Shown: positions 8,744 through 19,117 of the stretch, one piece after another
Layout of the letters: every line of letters begins with the position of its first letter
How positions within the stretch are numbered: the stretch's first letter is position 1
Assembly: GCA_014239655.1 (NCBI GenBank)
Contig: JAAZYM010000018.1
Coordinates: 12,700 to 76,699 of the forward strand
Reading direction: 5' to 3'
Source: Flavobacteriales bacterium
GTDB lineage: Bacteria; Bacteroidota; Bacteroidia; Flavobacteriales; BACL11
Length of the DNA: 64,000 bases
The notes under the pieces: model-generated
Databases searched by the model: none
Seen by the model: only the letters and a program-made list of their open reading frames with translations
What the model was told of the DNA's origin: nothing
Made by a program: the position numbers and the translations under genes

Positions 8744-11548
8744 ATGAAGAACAACATTATTTTATTTTTCTCTTTCCTTTTTCTATCTAATTTCTCTTAT
8801 GCTACTAAGCATACGCATAGTGATGAATATGAACTAAGGTATATTAAGAGTGATATGCAGCTGGATAATCAGGTGCAAGAAAATTTACGAAACCAACAAC
8901 CTTGGAGAGGTTTTGTGTCTATCTATCCAAATTGGTTTACTTATTTTAATGAGTATAATTATAAACCTCATAGAGCTTTTGGGACACCAATTGATCTTCC
9001 TGGTAATGGTTCTTCTTTAGAAGATCGTGTATTAAATTTTGCTATTACTGATCTTAATGATTTTAATCTCCCACAAGATTTAATTTTAGAGAATAAGAAT
9101 GTAAATGATAAGTATGTCAATCTTAATTTTAAGCAATATTATAATAATATTGAAATTGTTGATAGTAGATTTTATGCTAAATTAAATCTTAATAATCAAT
9201 TAGTTGCTTTTGGTCTTGATGTTTTTTCTGATATTTCGTTAGATATAGACCCTTCTATATCTTCTGTTATTGCTATTGAATCTGCTGGTAATAATATTAC
9301 TTCTAATATATCAAATACTTCTGTTGAGGATAAGTTGAAAATCTTACCAATACCAATAAATGGTAAATATGAATATCATCTTATATATGTTGTGAGGCTT
9401 TCAACCCAGCTATCTCATGGTCCTGCAAATTATATATGTTATGTAGATGCTCATGATGGAGAGTTGTTAATGAGAAATAATACGGTTATGTATGAGGCTC
9501 CACAACAAGCTAATGTGCATGTAGAAGGAGAGGTGTATACAACACATCCTTTTAATCCTTCATCAGTTGAAGATCTTATTAATTTGAGAGTTCAGAAGAA
9601 TGGAAACAACTACTATACTGATTCTTTAGGGAATGTGTCTATACCTGGAAATGGAAATGCTGTATTTTCATTAGAAGGATTGTTTGCTGAAGTACAAACA
9701 AATGGAGGTGTTCCTACTTTTACTTCTCAATTATCAAATTCAAATGTGAGTTTTGATAATTCAAATTCAACAATTCAAGAGAGAACAGCGTTTTATTCTG
9801 TTAATATGATTCATGATCATTTGAAATCTGTTTTTCCAACCTTTACAGGTCTTGATTATGCTTTAGAAACAAATATTGATGTTCAAGGAAGTTGTAATGC
9901 TTATTATGATGGTACAATTAATTTTTACGCAGAAGGAAACGGTTGTAATGCAACTGCTAAAATACCTGATGTTGTATATCATGAATATGGTCATGGTATA
10001 AATAATTATAGATATGGTTCAGGGATGTGGAATGGAGGTTTAAATGAAGGTTTTGCAGATGTATGGGCTATTTCATTAACGCAGAGTCCTGTCTTAGGTT
10101 TTGGATGGGATCTTTCTGATCCTACAGTTTATGTAAGAAGATATGATCAAGATAGAAAAGTATATCCTCAAGATTTAACGGGTGAGGTTCATGCTGATGG
10201 TGAAATTATTGCAGGAGCATTTTGGGATACATATTTGAATCTTGGTAGCATGCAACAGATGTTAGATTTATTCAAATATACTTTTGATGCTGCACCTGAC
10301 GGACCAAATGGTACTGAAGGTATAATTTATACAGATGTTCTTGTAGAGGTATTATTTGCTGATGATAATGATGCAAATTTAACAAATGGGACACCTAATG
10401 ATATAGCTATAATACAAGCATTTGCTCTTCATGGAATAACATTGTTGTCTAATGCTGTTATTGCTCATGCTCCTGTTACTATAGCACCTGGAAATATTGA
10501 TATAGATATTAGTGCAAATATCTCTGCAACTTATTCTTGGGCACTCTCAAGCGCTAATTGTTTTTATAGATTAAATGATGATCCAAATTGGAATACATTA
10601 TTAATGACTGCAAATGGAAATAATTTTACAACAACTATTCCTGCTCAACCAAATGGAAATATTGTTGCATATTATATTTCACTAACTGATAATTATGGTT
10701 TTGAATCTGGAATAAGTCCTCAAGAATCTAATGTTATCCCTTTAAAAGACGCTAATTTACCTTATTTTATAATGGTTGGTTATGAACTTTATGATGAAGA
10801 AGATTTTGATTTTAGTATTGGGTTTTGGCAAACAGGAGATCCTGCTGATAATGCTACCACAGGTATGTGGGAGATAGGTGCACCTATTGGGTCTTACGAT
10901 AATCCAAATAGTTTGTCTGGAATGGTTCAGACGGCATATCAACATACTCCTAATGGGTATGCATGTGCATTCACACAAAATGCATCTTCTATAAATGATG
11001 GTATTGGAGCAAATGATGTAGATGATGGTCATACAACATTATATTCACCATATTATAATCTAACTTCATATACAAATCCTGCTTTTACATATTGGAGATG
11101 GTATACAAATAACCCATCTAGTGGAGCAAATCCTGGTGCTGATTGGTGGCAGGTTCTAATTACAGATGATGGTATAAATTGGCAATATGTTGAAAATACT
11201 ATAAGTGCTGATCTAAGCTGGAGAAAAAATGCATTTAGAGTTACAGATTATGTTAATTTAACATCTTCTGTACAGCTTAAATTTATTGCTTCAGATAGTA
11301 TAAGGCCTGGTCAGTATCTAGACGGAGGAAGTTTAATTGAAGCGGCTGTAGATGATTTATATCTTTATGAGAGTCTTAGTAATGGTACAGGTATAGATAT
11401 CTTAGATAATTCAATAATAAAGCCAAAGTTAATTAGAGTAACAGATTATCTAGGTAGAGAAGTAGATCCTGAAAGAAATAAAAGTATTGGAAACTTAATT
11501 TATTATTTTGATAATGGAACTGTTAAGAAGAAAACAGTTTTTAGATAA
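8744..11548 (+). CDS. Secreted zinc metalloprotease (gluzincin, thermolysin/fungalysin-like) with a C-terminal accessory module and a short C-terminal tag
   Basis: Signal peptide. Zinc site VVYHEYGHGI (HEXXH) followed by GLNEGFADVWA (third-ligand Glu region). The C-terminal 248 aa (10802..11545) are homologous to the C-terminus of 37159..39480. Confidence 0.7.
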   Translation: MKNNIILFFSFLFLSNFSYATKHTHSDEYELRYIKSDMQLDNQVQENLRNQQPWRGFVSIYPNWFTYFNEYNYKPHRAFGTPIDLPGNGSSLEDRVLNFAITDLNDFNLPQDLILENKNVNDKYVNLNFKQYYNNIEIVDSRFYAKLNLNNQLVAFGLDVFSDISLDIDPSISSVIAIESAGNNITSNISNTSVEDKLKILPIPINGKYEYHLIYVVRLSTQLSHGPANYICYVDAHDGELLMRNNTVMYEAPQQANVHVEGEVYTTHPFNPSSVEDLINLRVQKNGNNYYTDSLGNVSIPGNGNAVFSLEGLFAEVQTNGGVPTFTSQLSNSNVSFDNSNSTIQERTAFYSVNMIHDHLKSVFPTFTGLDYALETNIDVQGSCNAYYDGTINFYAEGNGCNATAKIPDVVYHEYGHGINNYRYGSGMWNGGLNEGFADVWAISLTQSPVLGFGWDLSDPTVYVRRYDQDRKVYPQDLTGEVHADGEIIAGAFWDTYLNLGSMQQMLDLFKYTFDAAPDGPNGTEGIIYTDVLVEVLFADDNDANLTNGTPNDIAIIQAFALHGITLLSNAVIAHAPVTIAPGNIDIDISANISATYSWALSSANCFYRLNDDPNWNTLLMTANGNNFTTTIPAQPNGNIVAYYISLTDNYGFESGISPQESNVIPLKDANLPYFIMVGYELYDEEDFDFSIGFWQTGDPADNATTGMWEIGAPIGSYDNPNSLSGMVQTAYQHTPNGYACAFTQNASSINDGIGANDVDDGHTTLYSPYYNLTSYTNPAFTYWRWYTNNPSSGANPGADWWQVLITDDGINWQYVENTISADLSWRKNAFRVTDYVNLTSSVQLKFIASDSIRPGQYLDGGSLIEAAVDDLYLYESLSNGTGIDILDNSIIKPKLIRVTDYLGREVDPERNKSIGNLIYYFDNGTVKKKTVFR

Positions 11549-11549
11549 T

Positions 11550-12818
11550 TTATAATTCTAGAAATTTATTATTGTTATAAATTGCTAATGCTTTTCCCTT
11601 AAGTTTTTCTCCAATAAATGGACTATTTTTTGATTTAGATATAATATCATCATCTTCAAATTCCCATTTGTAATCTGGATTAAATATTGTGATATTAGCA
11701 GTATTTCCTTCCTTAATACTCGTTTCTTTTAGTCCTAGTATTTTTCTAGGGTTATTTGATATTTTTTCAATTATTTGATCTAGACTCATGTGTTTTTCTA
11801 GATTTTTATTTATTAGGCCAAAAGCACTTTCTAGACCTATTATTCCAAAAGCTGCATTGTCAAATTCAATTTTCTTCGTTTCAATTTCAAATGGGTTGTG
11901 ATCAGAACTTATTACATCAATTGTTCCGTCTTTAAGGCCTTTTATGATTGCTTTGTTATCATCTTCTGTTCTTAGTGGGGGTAACACCTTGAATCTCGTA
12001 TCGAAGTTGTTTACACTCTCTTCTGTAAGAAAGATATTGTGAAGAGCAACATCAGATGTTATATTTAATCCATTATTTTTTGCTGTATGTATTTTTTCAA
12101 CACTTTCTTTTGTACTTATATAAGATTCGTGAATCCTGCTATCTGTATATGTACATAAAGTAATGTCTCTATCTACCATCATGTGTTCAGCAATGTTTGG
12201 AATACCTCTAAGTCCAAGCTGGGTGCTTATTTTTCCTTCATTTATGACTCCATTATTTTGAATTTTTTTATCATTAGGATAATTCATTATAAGTGAAGAA
12301 GTATTTTTAATATATAATAAACCAATTTTCATTAATTCATTACTCTGTATAGATTTTTTATCATCTGTGAATGCTACACATCCAGAACTAATCATATCAT
12401 GAATTTCTACAATATTTTGTCCTTTTTGTTTTTTTGTTAAATTACCTGCTACTTGTATCTTTACAACACTATTATTATTAAATCCTTTGATATAATCTAT
12501 CATTGTGCCATTGTCAATTGATGGGTATGTATTTGGCATTAATAGAACTTCGGTAAATCCTCCTTTTGCCGCTGCATTTAGACCATTATTAATAGTCTCC
12601 CTTTGTTCAAACCCAGGTTGTCCAAAATTCACATGCATATCAAGCCATCCTTGAGAAATATGTAGGTTATCTTTTTTGTAAACTTTTGTTTCTGCATCTA
12701 TTCTAATAGATTTTCCTATTTTCTCAATAATATTATTATTGATTAGCACATCATAAGTCTTATTATTATACTTTGATGATGTGTCAATAATTTTTGCTTT
12801 CTTAATAAGTATTTTCAT
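11550..12818 (-). CDS. Dihydroorotase-like amidohydrolase, probably a non-canonical or inactive form
   Basis: Amidohydrolase/DHOase architecture (about 420 aa, VISSDHNPF near the C-terminus). The N-terminal metal motif reads DMHVNFGQPG, that is HxN instead of HxH. Confidence 0.6.
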   Translation of the reverse strand: MKILIKKAKIIDTSSKYNNKTYDVLINNNIIEKIGKSIRIDAETKVYKKDNLHISQGWLDMHVNFGQPGFEQRETINNGLNAAAKGGFTEVLLMPNTYPSIDNGTMIDYIKGFNNNSVVKIQVAGNLTKKQKGQNIVEIHDMISSGCVAFTDDKKSIQSNELMKIGLLYIKNTSSLIMNYPNDKKIQNNGVINEGKISTQLGLRGIPNIAEHMMVDRDITLCTYTDSRIHESYISTKESVEKIHTAKNNGLNITSDVALHNIFLTEESVNNFDTRFKVLPPLRTEDDNKAIIKGLKDGTIDVISSDHNPFEIETKKIEFDNAAFGIIGLESAFGLINKNLEKHMSLDQIIEKISNNPRKILGLKETSIKEGNTANITIFNPDYKWEFEDDDIISKSKNSPFIGEKLKGKALAIYNNNKFLEL

Positions 12819-14806
12819 ATTTTAATTAATTTTAAAAGTAGAATTTCTATTCCAAAAAACAATAATGAAATCATTAGACATGTTTTCCAGTAGTGTTGAT
12901 CATTAATATTAGCATTAATTAATTGATTTATATTGTTGTTCTTGTTAATTATTATAGTGTTTTTGTCAAAAAGTTTCTTGATTTCATTAATTTCATAGAA
13001 CCTATTATCGCTTTCTATATTGTTATAATTATAGGCAATATGGTCTACTACTTTTGTGTTGTTATATAGCTTATATTGGCCTGATTTTGATATTTGATTG
13101 TTTGTATAATATCTAGTCTTGCCATTTATCGTTTTTGTAGTTGGAATAATATCTGTAGACCTATTTCTCAGATGATAGATATTGTTATTGTTGTTTTCGG
13201 AAATAAAATAGCTTCCGTTTTGAATGGTGTAGTAGATATGGTTTTGATTAATTGAATTTGTTGCAATATTTAAGAAGGTAGGAACAAATAGAGCATGTTT
13301 TTTAAAATTACTTATAGCATCATTTAATGGAGCATTAAATATATATATATTGGCATCATCTGTATTGTAATGGCTTAGAAAAGTTTCGTTGTTTTCTAGA
13401 GTATATATAGGCTTTCTATTGGATTTTGTGTTTTTTGATAAGGAGTAGTGTGAATTAATTTTAGGGTAACTAATATTTTTAATAGATCCTTCAAAAACAT
13501 TATTAAAAATAGGATGATCAACATGTGTTTTTTTAATGAAATAAGTGTTTGTGTCAATAGACAAGAAAAAATCTAATTCTAATGAGCTAAGAAATTCTTT
13601 GTATTCATTGTAGTTAATATTAATAGGAGGTATTATGATAATTGACCCTCCTTTGTTTATTAGTTTTTTTATAGAACTTAAAAGACCAGAGCTAATGACT
13701 TGAATTTCATTAATGATTAGTAGGTCTTGTTCTTTTATTTCTTGATAATTCAAATTAACAATAGATTTTTCGCTGTATTTGAAGTTAGTGGTATCATTCT
13801 TATATAATCTCTGAATATAATCTGATTCAAATTTTTCTTTAATATTTAGAATATTAATTTTATTGTTATTGATTAGGTTAAAGTGGATCTGGTTATCAAA
13901 GGTGATAGGGTGGTCAACAATACTAAATTCACAGATGTTTATAGAACTATCTAGATAGACACTAAATTTATATTCTTCTGAACTGTTTTTATTAATGCTT
14001 AGGAGTTGTTTAATCTTTGTTTTATTATTAACCCTTAGTGAGAGTGGAATCTCTTTTTCATTATCTGAATAATTAGTGATTTTTATAAAAACTTCTTGAT
14101 TATTTTTTTTCAATACAGGCCCTTCTACCCAAACACTATCAACACTTAGATTTGAGTTTATTACACCTTGCAGAGGAATGAATAAAATTTTATCATTAAT
14201 AGCATGATCTTTTTGAGTAATTTTCAGCGTATTTTTTTGAAGATCAGATATAATATAAATATAATCAGGATTGTTGCTTATTGTCTGTTTTCTATCTATT
14301 ATCTGGCTTAAAGATTTAATATTAGGTGATGTCTCAATACTAGATATGGCTTGTTTAAAATTCTCTTTACTGTACCCTTTGTTATGTGTATTTAAGAAAT
14401 CATTGGTAATTAGATAAAATTTTGATGATCCAGAATAGGATCTCGTTATTTCTATTGCTTTGTTTTTTGCTATATCTAATAGTCTTCCTTGTTCAGAAAT
14501 GGCATCCATACTAAAGGAATTGTCAAGATATATAAAAATATCTTCTGATAGGTCTACTTCTTTATTTACAGGTATATATGGTTTGGCAAATGCTAGAACC
14601 AGGAAGCTTATTGCAAATATTCTACTTATCAAGATTAGTAGATTCTTGATATTTCGTTTTTTATTGTTTTTTGTCTTAATTTCTTCTAGAAAACGAATAC
14701 TACTAAAAAAAACATTTTCATGTTTTCTGAAATTAAAAAGATGAATTAAAATCGGTATTGCTATTGCAAAGAGGCCAAAGAGAAGCTGTGGGTTTTGATA
14801 GATCAT
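12815..14806 (-). CDS. BatA-N-domain membrane protein (aerotolerance-operon-like N-terminal double-TM domain)
   Basis: The N-terminus NPQLLFGLFAIAIPILIHLFNFRKHENVFFSSIRFL matches the BatA N-terminal domain pattern, and there is a C-terminal TM. The track start at 14809 is TTG; ATG at 14806 is more likely. It overlaps the downstream gene by 4 nt. Confidence 0.6.
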   Translation of the reverse strand: MIYQNPQLLFGLFAIAIPILIHLFNFRKHENVFFSSIRFLEEIKTKNNKKRNIKNLLILISRIFAISFLVLAFAKPYIPVNKEVDLSEDIFIYLDNSFSMDAISEQGRLLDIAKNKAIEITRSYSGSSKFYLITNDFLNTHNKGYSKENFKQAISSIETSPNIKSLSQIIDRKQTISNNPDYIYIISDLQKNTLKITQKDHAINDKILFIPLQGVINSNLSVDSVWVEGPVLKKNNQEVFIKITNYSDNEKEIPLSLRVNNKTKIKQLLSINKNSSEEYKFSVYLDSSINICEFSIVDHPITFDNQIHFNLINNNKINILNIKEKFESDYIQRLYKNDTTNFKYSEKSIVNLNYQEIKEQDLLIINEIQVISSGLLSSIKKLINKGGSIIIIPPININYNEYKEFLSSLELDFFLSIDTNTYFIKKTHVDHPIFNNVFEGSIKNISYPKINSHYSLSKNTKSNRKPIYTLENNETFLSHYNTDDANIYIFNAPLNDAISNFKKHALFVPTFLNIATNSINQNHIYYTIQNGSYFISENNNNNIYHLRNRSTDIIPTTKTINGKTRYYTNNQISKSGQYKLYNNTKVVDHIAYNYNNIESDNRFYEINEIKKLFDKNTIIINKNNNINQLINANINDQHYWKTCLMISLLFFGIEILLLKLIKI

Positions 14807-14847
14807 CAAAGTGCAAAGTTACACATTTTGATAATATGGACTTTATT

Positions 14848-15501
14848 TTAAGAAATAATTTTACCGTCAACCATTTCTAGTGTTCTGTTTGTCATCTTAG
14901 CTAGTTCTTTATTATGGGTTACGATAATAAAGGTTTGTTTAAGCTCCTGGTTTAATTTGATAAACAGTTCATGTAACTTTTTTGCATTTTGTGAGTCAAG
15001 ATTACCTGATGGTTCATCTGCTAGGATAATTGCTGGTGAGTTTATTAATGCTCTTGCGATAGCTACTCTTTGTTGTTCTCCTCCAGAAAGCTCATTAGGC
15101 TTATGATTTTTTCTATCACTTATTCCGAGTAGCTCTAATAATTCTTCTGCTTTAGACTCAACATCTTTTTTGTTTTTCTTAGATATATAGCCGGGAATAC
15201 AAATGTTTTCAAAGGCAGTAAACTCGACTAAGAGATTATGAAATTGGAAGATAAAGCCTATTTCTTGATTTCTAAATATTGACAGTTCCTCTGAAGAAAG
15301 GTTGTTGATTGATTTTCCGTTAATAGTACATTCTCCACTATCTGCTTTTTCTAATGTTCCTAAGATTTGTAATAAGGTAGTTTTTCCTGCTCCTGAAGCG
15401 CCAACTATTGAGATGATTTCCCCTTTATTTATTTCTAAGCTTACTCCCTTTAGAACATCTACATCCCCATAAGATAGATGAATATTTTCTGCCTTAATCA
15501 T
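14848..15501 (-). CDS. lolD: ABC transporter ATP-binding protein, LolD-like
   Basis: Walker A GASGAGKTT, signature LSGGEQQRVAIARAL, Walker B ILADEPSGNLD. 217 aa. Confidence 0.8.
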   Translation of the reverse strand: MIKAENIHLSYGDVDVLKGVSLEINKGEIISIVGASGAGKTTLLQILGTLEKADSGECTINGKSINNLSSEELSIFRNQEIGFIFQFHNLLVEFTAFENICIPGYISKKNKKDVESKAEELLELLGISDRKNHKPNELSGGEQQRVAIARALINSPAIILADEPSGNLDSQNAKKLHELFIKLNQELKQTFIIVTHNKELAKMTNRTLEMVDGKIIS

Positions 15502-15503
15502 AT

Positions 15504-17825
15504 CTAACTCTTCTTTTTTAGGTAAAGATAATCCAAATAATATACAATTTTAAGTGACAAGCTGTTTTCTTGCGGTAGGTTAAAAGAATCGTCAATATTA
15601 TCAAGCCATCTATCTCTAATAACATTCGTTTCATTATCTATCCCATTTTTCCAGACAATACTTAATTGACTTCCAGGAGCAAACCACCAGCTAAGAGCAA
15701 TATCAGAGGTCCATGTAGTATAGTTTATATCATATGCTTGTTCTGTTAATGGTACAGATACTGCTGATAGGTAGCCGTTATTATCTAGTTCTTGAAACTT
15801 AATATTTTCTACTTGATCAAGATGATATCTTAATTTAAAGGAAAAATCAATCTTGTTATTTATAATATATGATCCTGAGAGAACATTTGTAATCATGTAT
15901 GTATTTCTTAGGGAGAAGAGAGGTATTGATAGTTCTTCATCATTTATTGAGAGATTGTCAACCCAGCCAATATCATTGTATTTATTTCTAATTGATAAAA
16001 CATAAACCATTGATATTTTATCATTGAATCTATATCTAGGAGATATTCTCCATCTATATGCATGACTGGAATATAACGGGTTTATTGATCCGCCACCACC
16101 AAGATCTAAAGCAAATTTATTTCTATAGTCACTAGAAATAAATCCGCCTAAATTAATTGATTTTGATCTTTTAAGGGGATGATTAAGATCTCCTGTTCGG
16201 GCTTCATAATAATCTTCTCTTTCATATGGATTGGCTCCAATTTTAAGGTTTAAGAAAAGATAATTTTTTAACATGATACTAGTCTGTGCTTTTATATCAA
16301 GATTAACAAATTTATTATCTGTAAATAATGTTTCATGGTTGATGTTAAGATAGTATTTGGAAAAAATAAAATTCTTATTTTCTTTTAGTTGTTCATAACC
16401 TATCTCTAATCCATTAGAGATTTGATTGTTTGAATATAAAAAGCCAAGATCGTTAGGGTTGTATTTTTCATCTTCAAAAAATGTATATAATTCATAACGA
16501 TAATTACCGCTGTTTTTTGCTACTGCTAATGCTCCAGTGAAACCAATAGTTGAGCTATCAGTATATAACTCTTGACTCATTTTTATATTTGCATCAAAAA
16601 CATGTGTGTTTTTTGTGTTGTTTAATCGAGCAAATAATCCTGTTACATTTGCATCTTTTTCTGAATTGTTATTTGTCATATTAGTATTCATTATACTAAT
16701 AGAAGAGCTGTTTTTAAGTGCTTTATCAATAATCAGAACATTATAGTTGGTTAGTGGTTTTTCTTCAGTCTTATTTGTTATTGCATTTAATCCTGCTATC
16801 CCTAGGCCATTCTTGGTTCTTCCGCTTATTTTTGTAGCATTTAAAAGATCATTATCAAGTCTTCTACTGTAGAACATTTCTCCTCCTTTATTAAAAAGCT
16901 CTATACCTTCATTAAAGAATTGCCTATTTTCTTCATATTTTATTTCAAAAGGGGATAAGTTAAGCACCATAGCATCTGAAGCAACTTGTCCAAAATCAGG
17001 TATTAGAGTCATATCCAAAGTAAAACTCTCATTTATTCCATATTTTAAATCCATTCCATAATTATAAGGAAAGGTGGTTTCTCCATCATATGAGTCAGCA
17101 TAAATAGAGGCATATGGCATAAATGATAATCTTAATGGACTTTTAATATTTTTGATTCCTTTTAACAGGCCTGATTGTAATGCATAGTTTTCATATTCTA
17201 CGTCAATAGGATTCCAGCTGTAATCTTCTCTGTATCTTCTTATGGTTCTTGCCATGTTTAATGCCCATGATTTGTTGTCATTTGGGAATCTGAGCTGAGA
17301 GAATGGAATAGCTAATTCTGCTGACCAGCCGTCTTTATTAATGTTAACTGCAGATTTCCAGACTGCATTCCAGTTCTTGTCAATACCAGTTTTCGAGAAC
17401 TTTCTATCGATTTGAACACCAGCAGCAGTAACCACAAAATTATATTCAACCTGAGTATTGCTGAATGGATCAATCCATATTCCAAATTTGTCATTATTTT
17501 TATTCTCGTCATCCCTTTTAGAGAGCTCTTTCAATATACTGTCAGGCGAATTGTCATACATCATGATTCCAAAATATATGTTCTTACTATCATAACATAT
17601 TTTAACTTCTGTTTTTTGGTTTTTTCTTTCAGCTTTCCCGTTATTAGGTTCTATCTGAGTAAAATTATTAGCTATATCTAAATTATTCCATACTCTATCA
17701 TCTAATATTCCGTCAATTTTAGGGTTTTCAGAAATCTTTTCTATAGTATATGTCTTCTTCATATTAAATTGACCTATTGATAATAGGGGAATTAAAAGAA
17801 GAGTAAAAAGGAAGTTGATTTTCAT
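15504..17825 (-). CDS. Secreted/outer-membrane protein with CBM9-like N-terminal domain and a DUF5916-type beta-barrel region
   Basis: Signal peptide. The N-terminal KIDGILDD.VW pattern is typical of the carbohydrate-binding family 9-like fold, followed by a long beta-rich C-terminal region. The assignment is from memory of the family. Confidence 0.45.
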   Translation of the reverse strand: MKINFLFTLLLIPLLSIGQFNMKKTYTIEKISENPKIDGILDDRVWNNLDIANNFTQIEPNNGKAERKNQKTEVKICYDSKNIYFGIMMYDNSPDSILKELSKRDDENKNNDKFGIWIDPFSNTQVEYNFVVTAAGVQIDRKFSKTGIDKNWNAVWKSAVNINKDGWSAELAIPFSQLRFPNDNKSWALNMARTIRRYREDYSWNPIDVEYENYALQSGLLKGIKNIKSPLRLSFMPYASIYADSYDGETTFPYNYGMDLKYGINESFTLDMTLIPDFGQVASDAMVLNLSPFEIKYEENRQFFNEGIELFNKGGEMFYSRRLDNDLLNATKISGRTKNGLGIAGLNAITNKTEEKPLTNYNVLIIDKALKNSSSISIMNTNMTNNNSEKDANVTGLFARLNNTKNTHVFDANIKMSQELYTDSSTIGFTGALAVAKNSGNYRYELYTFFEDEKYNPNDLGFLYSNNQISNGLEIGYEQLKENKNFIFSKYYLNINHETLFTDNKFVNLDIKAQTSIMLKNYLFLNLKIGANPYEREDYYEARTGDLNHPLKRSKSINLGGFISSDYRNKFALDLGGGGSINPLYSSHAYRWRISPRYRFNDKISMVYVLSIRNKYNDIGWVDNLSINDEELSIPLFSLRNTYMITNVLSGSYIINNKIDFSFKLRYHLDQVENIKFQELDNNGYLSAVSVPLTEQAYDINYTTWTSDIALSWWFAPGSQLSIVWKNGIDNETNVIRDRWLDNIDDSFNLPQENSLSLKIVYYLDYLYLKKKS

Positions 17826-17843
17826 TTTTGACTAAAATATGTG

Positions 17844-17851
17844 CAAAAATA
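17844..17851 (-). promoter_or_regulatory. Candidate -7 promoter box (TATTTTTG) for 15504..17825
   Basis: Exact TAnnTTTG match 19 nt upstream of the start codon at 17825. Confidence 0.35.
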
Positions 17852-17920
17852 TAATTTATTGCCATATAGATGTTTGTATTTAGAATCAATCATATATTTT
17901 TACATCATTAAAATTTAGCC

Positions 17921-19111
17921 ATGAATTTACACGAATATCAAGGAAAAGAATTGTTAAGCAGTTTTGGTGTTAGAATACAGCGAGGAATTGTAGTTTCTAC
18001 ACCTGATGAGGCTGTTAAGGCTGCAGAGAAGTTGAATAAAGACACAGGAACTAGCTGGTGGGTAATTAAAGCACAGGTACATGCTGGAGGAAGAGGTAAA
18101 GGAGGTGGGGTTAAGTTAGCTAAATCTCTTGATCAGGTACGATCTATTTCAGATGATATACTTGGAATGCGTCTTATTACTCCTCAGACTTCTTCAGAAG
18201 GAAAGCTTGTTCATCAAGTGCTTATTACTGAGGATGTGTATTATCCAGGTGAGAGTGAAACAGATGAATATTATATGTCTGTACTACTTAATAGATCAAC
18301 AGGAAGGAATATGATTATGTATTCTACAGAGGGAGGGATGGATATTGAAACAGTAGCTGAGAAGACTCCTCATTTAATATTCACTGAAGAGATTGACCCA
18401 AGTATTGGTCTGCAATCTTTTCAATGTAGAAAAGTTGCTTTTAATCTAGGTTTGTCAGGTCTTGCTTTTAAAGAGATGACAAAGTTTGTTTCATCATTAT
18501 ATAAGGCATATGTTAGTACAGATTCTTCTTTATTTGAGATAAATCCTGTTTTAAAGACTTCGGACAATAAGATAATGGCTGTTGATTCGAAGGTTTCATT
18601 AGATGATAATGCTTTATTTAGGCATAAGGATTATAGTTTGCTTAGAGATAAACGAGAAGAAGACCCTACAGAAGTAGAGGCAGGTGAGTATGGTTTAAAT
18701 TTTGTAAAGCTTGATGGTAATGTTGGTTGTATGGTAAATGGCGCGGGTCTTGCTATGGCAACCATGGATATTATTAAGATGGCAGGAGGTAACCCAGCAA
18801 ATTTTCTTGATGTAGGTGGTACTGCTGATGCGAAGAGGGTAGAGCAGGCATTTAGAATTATCCTTAAGGATGATAATGTAAAAGCAATATTAGTTAATAT
18901 TTTTGGTGGAATAGTTAGATGTGATAGGGTAGCACAAGGGATTGTTGATGCATATAAAAATATAGGAGAAATAAATATTCCTCTTATAGTAAGACTCCAG
19001 GGTACTAATGCTAGTGAGGCAAAAAAATTAATTGATGAGAGTGGATTAAAAGTAGAATCAGTTATCCTTCTACAAGAAGCTGCTGATAAAGTAGCTGAAG
19101 TGCTTACCTAG
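17921..19111 (+). CDS. sucC: Succinyl-CoA synthetase (ADP-forming) beta subunit
   Basis: MNLHEYQGKELL N-terminus, ATP-grasp region, GNVGCMVNGAGLAMATMD and NIFGGIVRCD motifs. 396 aa. Confidence 0.95.
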   Translation: MNLHEYQGKELLSSFGVRIQRGIVVSTPDEAVKAAEKLNKDTGTSWWVIKAQVHAGGRGKGGGVKLAKSLDQVRSISDDILGMRLITPQTSSEGKLVHQVLITEDVYYPGESETDEYYMSVLLNRSTGRNMIMYSTEGGMDIETVAEKTPHLIFTEEIDPSIGLQSFQCRKVAFNLGLSGLAFKEMTKFVSSLYKAYVSTDSSLFEINPVLKTSDNKIMAVDSKVSLDDNALFRHKDYSLLRDKREEDPTEVEAGEYGLNFVKLDGNVGCMVNGAGLAMATMDIIKMAGGNPANFLDVGGTADAKRVEQAFRIILKDDNVKAILVNIFGGIVRCDRVAQGIVDAYKNIGEINIPLIVRLQGTNASEAKKLIDESGLKVESVILLQEAADKVAEVLT

Positions 19112-19117
19112 TTCATT

